Below, piece after piece: positions 58,088-64,000 of a stretch of DNA of 64,000 nt. Made by a program: the position numbers and the translations under genes. The stretch's first letter is position 1. The number at the start of each line of letters is the position of its first letter. The notes under the pieces were generated by a model. The model saw only the letters and a list, made by a program, of their open reading frames with translations, did no database searches and was not told where the DNA came from. Source of the DNA: an uncultured Candidatus Saccharibacteria bacterium (GTDB lineage Bacteria; Patescibacteriota; Minisyncoccia; Phycocordibacterales; UBA1006); contig CAZROP010000004.1 in assembly GCA_964601935.1 (NCBI GenBank), forward strand, positions 6,493-70,492, in the 5' to 3' direction.

Positions 58088-58942
58088 TTATCCCTGGAAA
58101 CGCTTTGTTTTTCTGCGTGACAGAATCGATACGTTACTGTATTTCTTTGGACGACGGGTTTTAACACCGTATGCCAGTTTTCCAGTACGTGTTTTCGGAC
58201 CACGACGCAGACCAACTCCTTGTTTCTGCTCTCCACCACCGTGCGGATGATCTACTGGGTTCATTGCAGAGCCACGGACCGTTGGTCGAATACCCTTCCA
58301 GCGGCTGCGGCCAGCCTTTCCTAGGTTTACCAGGTTGTATTCACTATTAGAAACCTCTCCAACCGAAGCCCAACAAGTATCGGGAACAGTTCGTATTTCT
58401 GTCGAAGCCATCTTGAGAGATGTCTTACCGTTATTGTGTGCCACCACCTGAACAGCAGAACCGGCAGAACGTGCAATTTTTGCACCTCCTTCTGGCTGCA
58501 GCTCAACATTGTGAACCAATGTACCTACTGGGATAAATCTCAAGGGTAAGCGATTTCCTGATTTTGCAGGGTTTGCAGAGTCAGATACCGTAAATGTATC
58601 GCCAACCTGCGCCCCTTTCCATGCCAGGACATATCGTCGCTCACCATCAGGGAATACTACCAAACTAATAAATCCCGATCGGTTTGGATCGTATTCAATA
58701 GTTTCGATACGCCCCGTAATTTCACGTTTAGTATATTTAAAATCTACCAAACGATACAGGCGCTTGTGACCAGCACCTTTATGAGGTGTCGTGATACGAC
58801 CCGCGTTGTTGCGACCCACCTTGCGGCGAATACCTGTGGTCAGAGGCTTGTGAGGCTCTGTTGCGGTCAAAATCTTTTTGTAATCAATACCAGTCATCCC
58901 GCGACGACCAGCTGATGTAGGTTTATAGTGTTTAAGTGCCAT
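58088..58942 (-). CDS. rplB: 50S ribosomal protein L2
   Basis: Conserved L2 throughout (GRNN.GRIT..H.GGGHK, HPHGGGEG). Confidence 0.9.
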   Translation of the reverse strand: MALKHYKPTSAGRRGMTGIDYKKILTATEPHKPLTTGIRRKVGRNNAGRITTPHKGAGHKRLYRLVDFKYTKREITGRIETIEYDPNRSGFISLVVFPDGERRYVLAWKGAQVGDTFTVSDSANPAKSGNRLPLRFIPVGTLVHNVELQPEGGAKIARSAGSAVQVVAHNNGKTSLKMASTEIRTVPDTCWASVGEVSNSEYNLVNLGKAGRSRWKGIRPTVRGSAMNPVDHPHGGGEQKQGVGLRRGPKTRTGKLAYGVKTRRPKKYSNVSILSRRKTKRFQG

Positions 58943-59063
58943 AGTATAATGAGTCAGTTTTTCGGCCTGAGTGCCATAGTTATATAATTAATTGAGAGAT
59001 CGTGATAGGACATCTTTCCTGGCTTAACGACTCCCCCGTATCCCCCTCTAGCTAGAGAGGGAA

Positions 59064-59339
59064 CTAAACAAAATCAATTGTTGTACCGACAGGAACAGTA
59101 ACTAATGCCTTTTTCTTGCCTCGTACTACAATAGTACGGTTGCGTGAATTTTTAGTACGGCGTGATGCTATACGGACAATATTTACTTTTTCTGGAGTAA
59201 CGCCGTATTTTGCCTGGATTGCATCTGCAATAGTATGTTTGTTTGCAGCATCATCTACAAGAAACGAATACACACGCTGTCCGCCCAGGAACGCTGCCTT
59301 TTCAGAAAGAATAATACCTTTGAGAGGAGATGAATTCAT
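59064..59339 (-). CDS. rplW: 50S ribosomal protein L23
   Basis: Position between rplD and rplB; L23-like ILSEKAAFLGGQRVYSFLVDDAANKHTIADAIQAKYGVTP. Confidence 0.75.
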   Translation of the reverse strand: MNSSPLKGIILSEKAAFLGGQRVYSFLVDDAANKHTIADAIQAKYGVTPEKVNIVRIASRRTKNSRNRTIVVRGKKKALVTVPVGTTIDFV

Positions 59340-59344
59340 AACGA

Positions 59345-60034
59345 TTATGCAGATTTCTTGCTAATACGAGCCAAACGCGACCCCAACAGTGTATCCACTG
59401 ATGCAGCATCGGCAAGAACAATATAACGAGCACGCGCTACTTGCATAGCATTGAGTCGTGTAGCAGAAATAACTGATACACAAGGCAGGTTACGCAGCGC
59501 ACGAACTGTTTCGTCAGGCATAGTTTCTGTAGCACAGACGAGAATATTGTTTTTATTTGTTTTCGTGTACAAAGTTTCGAAACCACTCACCTTTGCAGCC
59601 AAGGTAGTAAAGAGGGTTTCCCCGTCTTTTGTTTTTACTACATCAATAGCTTCAGACAAAGGCAAGAGCGTACCATCAGATGCTTTTGCTGAGAGCAAAA
59701 CGCCCAGGGCCTTCAATCGCATCTTCTGATTGATCTTCTGCGAGTAATCTTTTTCATTACGAGGACCATGAGCAACACCACCTTTCACCCAAATAGGAGA
59801 ACGTGTAGACCCGTGACGAGCCTTTCCTGTTCCTTTTTGTTTCCAAGGTTTTTTTCCTCCGCCTGATACTTCAGATCGATTTTTAGTATGTGCATTACCA
59901 TTGCGCTCGTTTGCCTGATAGGATACCAATACCTGATGAATCAGATCGGCATTCCACGGCAAGCCAAACACGGCGTCCTGTAGCTGTATATCACCCGCTG
60001 ATGTACCCTTTGTATTATAAGTAGTTAATTTCAT
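59345..60034 (-). CDS. rplD: 50S ribosomal protein L4
   Basis: L4 motifs (GGGKKPWKQKGTGKARHGS). Confidence 0.85.
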   Translation of the reverse strand: MKLTTYNTKGTSAGDIQLQDAVFGLPWNADLIHQVLVSYQANERNGNAHTKNRSEVSGGGKKPWKQKGTGKARHGSTRSPIWVKGGVAHGPRNEKDYSQKINQKMRLKALGVLLSAKASDGTLLPLSEAIDVVKTKDGETLFTTLAAKVSGFETLYTKTNKNNILVCATETMPDETVRALRNLPCVSVISATRLNAMQVARARYIVLADAASVDTLLGSRLARISKKSA

Positions 60035-60037
60035 ATA

Positions 60038-60700
60038 CTATTTGGTTACGTGAATTTCAACGAGCGACCCGCGACTACCAGGAACTGCTCCACTAATAAA
60101 TATCTCGCGTGTTTCAGGGTTAGTCCACAAAACTTCGAGTCCTTTGACGGTAATACGATCGCTACCCATACGGCCTGCCATGCGCATACCTTTTGCAACA
60201 CGTCCACCTGCACGTCCACCTCCACCAATGGATCCAGGCTTTCGTTCCGAGTGTTTGCGCCCATGAGTACGTTTGTCTCCCTTGAATCCATGACGCTTGA
60301 CACCACCCTGAAATCCTTTTCCTTTTGAAGTTCCTGCGATAATAACTGCGGTCCCAGGGGTTAGCATTTCAAACGGGTTCAATTCATCACCTTTTGTGGC
60401 CTCAAATTCAAACTCACGAAGGTGTCGCATTGGCTTGTCGCCGAGCTGTACCTGCTGTGCTTTGTTAAGTTTGCGTGGATGGACAGAATCAAATCCTACC
60501 TGAACAGCGGAATATCCGTCTGTTGCAGAGTTTTTGACCTGTGTCACCACATGCGTATCGGTAGTAATCACCGTTACAGCACGCATACGCCCTTTCGCAT
60601 CCAGCGTTTGGGTCATATGACTTTTGTATCCTAGAAAACTGTGTTGTGACATATAGTTTGTTGTACAGCAGTGGTTCACTACCATATTGGTATAGAACAT
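60038..60700 (-). CDS. rplC: 50S ribosomal protein L3
   Basis: L3 motifs (GTSKGKGFQG...KRHGF.G). Confidence 0.85.
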   Translation of the reverse strand: MFYTNMVVNHCCTTNYMSQHSFLGYKSHMTQTLDAKGRMRAVTVITTDTHVVTQVKNSATDGYSAVQVGFDSVHPRKLNKAQQVQLGDKPMRHLREFEFEATKGDELNPFEMLTPGTAVIIAGTSKGKGFQGGVKRHGFKGDKRTHGRKHSERKPGSIGGGGRAGGRVAKGMRMAGRMGSDRITVKGLEVLWTNPETREIFISGAVPGSRGSLVEIHVTK

Positions 60701-60821
60701 ACTGCGATCACATAGACGTATCTATGGCGGATCTAATAATAATCTCCCAAGGCCCTAGGCTTTAGGCATTAGGTTTTCATAATAATGATTACCTAAAGCC
60801 TAATGCCTAACCGCCTCAGAA
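60701..60821 (-). promoter_or_regulatory. unusually long rpsJ-rplC spacer containing ~20-bp imperfect hairpin
   Basis: taggctttaggcattaggt ... acctaaagcctaatgcctaacc inverted repeat built from TAGGC-like units. Confidence 0.35.
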
Positions 60822-61145
60822 TTAGAATGATTTTACCTCGACAGAAACTCCAGAAGGAAGATTCAGCGCGGTCAATGATTCTATAATTTTTGCTGAAGGA
60901 TTAACAATGTCAATCAATCGGCGATGAGTACGAATTTCAAACTGCTCACGAGCATCTTTGTGTACGAAAACCGAACGGTTTACTGTGTACTTTTTGATCT
61001 CGGTAGGCAACGGAACCGGTCCACGCACTGTTGCACCTGCACGTAGTGCGATATCCAGTATGGTTTTCACCGACTGATCGATAACGCGACTGTCGTAGGC
61101 CGCCAAGCGTATACGTAGTTTACTCTCTGATGTTGTTTTTTTCGA
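60822..61145 (-). CDS. rpsJ: 30S ribosomal protein S10
   Basis: [17 protein letters not shown]...S10 core; start trimmed to MSKKTT. Confidence 0.85.
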   Translation of the reverse strand, partial: SKKTTSESKLRIRLAAYDSRVIDQSVKTILDIALRAGATVRGPVPLPTEIKKYTVNRSVFVHKDAREQFEIRTHRRLIDIVNPSAKIIESLTALNLPSGVSVEVKSF

Positions 61146-61253
61146 CATAAATATGAAGGATGGGAGGATGATTCCACAAGGAACCGGATTTGGCACGAAG
61201 GAAGAATGAACCTCCGTATGTGCCAAATCCTATATTCCTAATGCAGATTTGAC

Positions 61254-62495
61254 CTATTTAATGATTTTAGTTACAACACCCGCTCCAACAGTGCGACCAC
61301 CCTCGCGGATAGCGAAACGCTGCTGCTCTTCGAGTGCTACAGGAGCAATCAACTCAACCTTGATATTAACAGTGTCTCCTGGCATTACCATTTCTACTCC
61401 TTCTGGCAGGATAACCTCACCGGTTACGTCTGTTGTTCGGATGTAGAACTGTGGCTTGTAGCCCTTCAGGAATGGAGTGTGGCGACCACCCTCCTCTTTC
61501 TTTAGAACGTATACTTCACACTCGAATTCAGTATGAGGCAATACTGATCCTGGCTTACAGAGAACCTGTCCACGTGTTACGTCTTCTTTTTTGGTACCAC
61601 GGAGCAAGATTCCTGCATTGTCTCCGGCCTGTCCCTGCAGCAATGACTTGTTGAACATTTCAACACCAGTTACTGTAGTTTTGACCTTGTCGCGAAGTCC
61701 AACGATTTCGATTTCTTCACCTACCTTGATGACACCACGTTCGATCTTTCCGGTTACTACAGTACCGCGTCCTTCGATAGAGAAAATATCCTCTACTGGC
61801 ATCAGAAACGGCTTGTCCAAATCACGAACAGGTTCTGGGATCCATGTGTCTACAGAATCCATCAACTTCATAATAGCCTGTGCGTATGGATCGTCCATGC
61901 TGGTTGCCTGGAACGCTTTTAGTCCTGAACCCTGGATAAATGGAGTATTTGCTCCATCATATCCGTTCTTTGTCAAGATTTCGCGGATTTCCTCTTCTAC
62001 TAATTCCAACATTTCCTTGTCCTCTACCATGTCGCACTTGTTCAGAAATACTACCAGAGCAGGAACACCTACCTGACGAGCGAGCAGAATGTGCTCACGA
62101 GTCTGTGGCATAGCACCATCAGTTGCTGCAACCACGAGGATTGCACCATCCATCTGTGCTGCACCAGTAATCATGTTCTTGATATAGTCAGCGTGACCCG
62201 GTGCATCGATGTGTGCATAGTGGCGCTTTGCTGTTTCGTATTCCTGGTGAGAAAGGTTGATGGTAATACCACGCGCTTTTTCTTCTGGTGCCTTGTCAAT
62301 TGCGTCTATAGATACGCTTTTGTCAATAAAACCACCCATTTTGAGAACATTCAAAATACCAGCAGTCAATGTTGTCTTTCCGTGATCAACGTGACCAATA
62401 GTACCAATGTTTACGTGAGGCTTTGAACGGTTGAATTCTCCTGTTGCCATAATATATTGGAAGCATTGTGAGTACTTGGCATGATGACTTGTCAC
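61254..62495 (-). CDS. tuf: elongation factor Tu
   Basis: [23 protein letters not shown]-motifs; full-length EF-Tu. Confidence 0.95.
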   Translation of the reverse strand: MTSHHAKYSQCFQYIMATGEFNRSKPHVNIGTIGHVDHGKTTLTAGILNVLKMGGFIDKSVSIDAIDKAPEEKARGITINLSHQEYETAKRHYAHIDAPGHADYIKNMITGAAQMDGAILVVAATDGAMPQTREHILLARQVGVPALVVFLNKCDMVEDKEMLELVEEEIREILTKNGYDGANTPFIQGSGLKAFQATSMDDPYAQAIMKLMDSVDTWIPEPVRDLDKPFLMPVEDIFSIEGRGTVVTGKIERGVIKVGEEIEIVGLRDKVKTTVTGVEMFNKSLLQGQAGDNAGILLRGTKKEDVTRGQVLCKPGSVLPHTEFECEVYVLKKEEGGRHTPFLKGYKPQFYIRTTDVTGEVILPEGVEMVMPGDTVNIKVELIAPVALEEQQRFAIREGGRTVGAGVVTKIIK

Positions 62496-62675
62496 ATACG
62501 TATATGACGAGTCTGTCCAATACCTCTCCTGCTTGGATTAGATGAATAATTACTAGCTAATAATCATCAGAATGCGTTGTCGCCAGCTCATTCCATGACT
62601 ATGACTGATACTACTGTTTTTGGGTGATTTGTCAAACCTTTTGCAGCCATTTTTTGCCAACGAATGCGCATCTCT

Positions 62676-62720
62676 ACCTCACCCCTACCTCTCTTCTTGC
62701 CAGGAGGAGGTGCTCCACCT
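62676..62720. repeat. GC-rich palindromic element copy 3 (diverged, intergenic upstream of tuf operon)
   Basis: ctcacccctacctctcttcttgccaggaggaggtgctccacc shares CTCACCCC.ACC.CTC core with copy 2. Confidence 0.45.
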
Positions 62721-62810
62721 CAGGAACTTGACGTATTCATAAATATCTGTTAGTTTACAACTAACTTAACTTTTTCGGCGATTTGCCATTACTTTAAAAA
62801 ATATCGAATC

Positions 62811-63581
62811 ATGAAGATTTTTGCCACTTTTTTGCTCTTCTTTGGGTTTACTCACACCATGAGCGCCCAATCTTTGAACCCTGAAACTGCGTGCGAACGC
62901 CAGCTGGTTATTCTTGTACAAGAACTGACTGAGTATCCGGATGAACTACTGCAAGAGGCAAGCGACGAATCCAGCTACAGACCCGGAAAAAGGATTGACA
63001 CGATGACTTATATGATTGGGAACGTGGCAATCAGAAAGTTCACAAAAAAGAAAAAGCTCGGGGCAAAATACCAAGTGGAAATAGAACCCTTAGGATGGAA
63101 GTGGAACCAGAATCCATCTGGCGCCAAGTGGAGTCGTTTTACTACAGACAATGACCAGCGTTGTGACAAAGCTTTAGTACTACTCCAGTTTGTGGCGGAG
63201 TACCTTCATTACAAGCAAAGCGAACCCGATTTGATTCATCCAGCATTTGCGATTGCATCACTCGCTGACTCCACATTGGAACGACTGGCGATTAAAAAAG
63301 TGCCTTCCACGTTGGAAAACGGGAAAATAGAGATGTTATACTATCTAAAGGATGTCCTCGTGATTAAGGGCGAAGATGGTGTGCGTGTAGCAGTCGAGGC
63401 CAATCCGGTGGGTACCCCGTTATTCTTTATCTTTAGCTCAAAAAGCTACACCTGGACATGGTATGCTACCGAAACGGAGGCCTGGAAATGGTCTTCCCGG
63501 AATGCCGAAGGCATGGCATCGGCCCTGGTTTGGGGGCGAATGCAGGCCCTCCTTTTAGAGGCGATTTACCTAAAAAAGTAA
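62811..63581 (+). CDS. hypothetical secreted protein
   Basis: Signal peptide MKIFATFLLFFGFTHTMSAQ, 256 aa. Confidence 0.4.
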   Translation: MKIFATFLLFFGFTHTMSAQSLNPETACERQLVILVQELTEYPDELLQEASDESSYRPGKRIDTMTYMIGNVAIRKFTKKKKLGAKYQVEIEPLGWKWNQNPSGAKWSRFTTDNDQRCDKALVLLQFVAEYLHYKQSEPDLIHPAFAIASLADSTLERLAIKKVPSTLENGKIEMLYYLKDVLVIKGEDGVRVAVEANPVGTPLFFIFSSKSYTWTWYATETEAWKWSSRNAEGMASALVWGRMQALLLEAIYLKK

Positions 63582-63755
63582 ATTTGGCAAGCAAGCCCTA
63601 ACCCCCAACGAAGCGAACTACTGCGACTGTATAGCAGTAGTTCGCTTTTTACTTTACAGATTACTCCTTTCTCGCCCTATTGACTATTGCTAGCTGTGTG
63701 TTAAATTGAAATCAACGTTCAGAAATTTTCCAATCACTTTCTCAAAATCTCTAAT

Positions 63756-64000
63756 CATGAGAAAAATATTACTATTATTAGCAGCTTTTATTCTGGTCCC
63801 CGAGTTAAGCCATTCCCAAATAGACTGTACTGAGGATCTCAGTGAGCTCACCGGGATAGTCGCAGCTCTTCCTGACTCTACATTAAGAAAAGCCGCCATC
63901 CATCAAGTAGAATACTACGGGGAACGGGCAGATACCGCTTGGTATAGCCTGGGAGAAGTACAGGTAATACGTACTAAAAATAAACTTCTGGGCTTAGTGC
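63756..64000 (+). CDS. hypothetical secreted protein, 3-prime partial (runs off window)
   Basis: ATG followed by signal peptide MRKILLLLAAFILVPELSHSQ, open frame to end of window. Confidence 0.4.

Noticed and set aside
1-64000. CRISPR arrays, rRNA operons, transposases/integrases, prophage genes
   Set aside because: No repeat-spacer arrays, no rRNA-like conserved stretches and no IS/phage signature proteins seen in any frame.

Overview
The window is 64 kb, AT-rich (about 40-45% GC by eye), and densely coding on both strands. Most genes are core housekeeping functions. It carries one surface-protein island at about 38.8-47.0 kb. I found no rRNA genes, CRISPR array, transposase or integrase.

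Housekeeping genes I can support from motifs:
- Ribonucleotide reductase as an nrdB-nrdA pair, where the R2 subunit has an N-terminal ATP-cone and R1 has none.
- gyrB, thrS, hisS, def-fmt, ftsA-like/ftsZ, mreB, frr, ndk, trxB, bcp, rsmI, ybeY and a PriA-like gene.
- Ribosomal proteins L27, L9, L20, L35 and S21, plus a tuf-rpsJ-rplC-rplD-rplW-rplB block.
- Three tRNAs: Glu-UUC, Phe-GAA and Val-GAC.

Other content:
- Several secreted proteins, including an S8 protease with peptidoglycan-binding domains.
- Two proteins with type IX secretion C-terminal sorting domains (one with a lamin-tail domain, one 1060 aa and Cys-rich).
- A Met-rich DUF305 protein, a YflT-like stress protein, a GIY-YIG protein and a PspC-domain protein.

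Absent Shine-Dalgarno sequences, T9SS sorting domains and the ATP-cone on NrdB all point to a Bacteroidota/FCB-group organism. That is an inference.

Most worth a second look:
- A family of GC-rich palindromic about 45-nt elements, one inserted in-frame inside fmt.
- A 650-bp GC-rich ORF-free region between mreB and the PriA-like gene, a candidate structured RNA.
- A PriA homolog whose helicase motifs look degenerate, and an FtsA-like protein whose ATP-binding motifs look degenerate.
- A 21-nt motif followed by a terminator that occurs twice, a candidate sRNA pair.
- A 19-bp direct repeat of the tRNA-Glu 3-prime end.
- A DUF3095-like protein with class III nucleotidyl-cyclase-like motifs.
- The T9SS cargo island.
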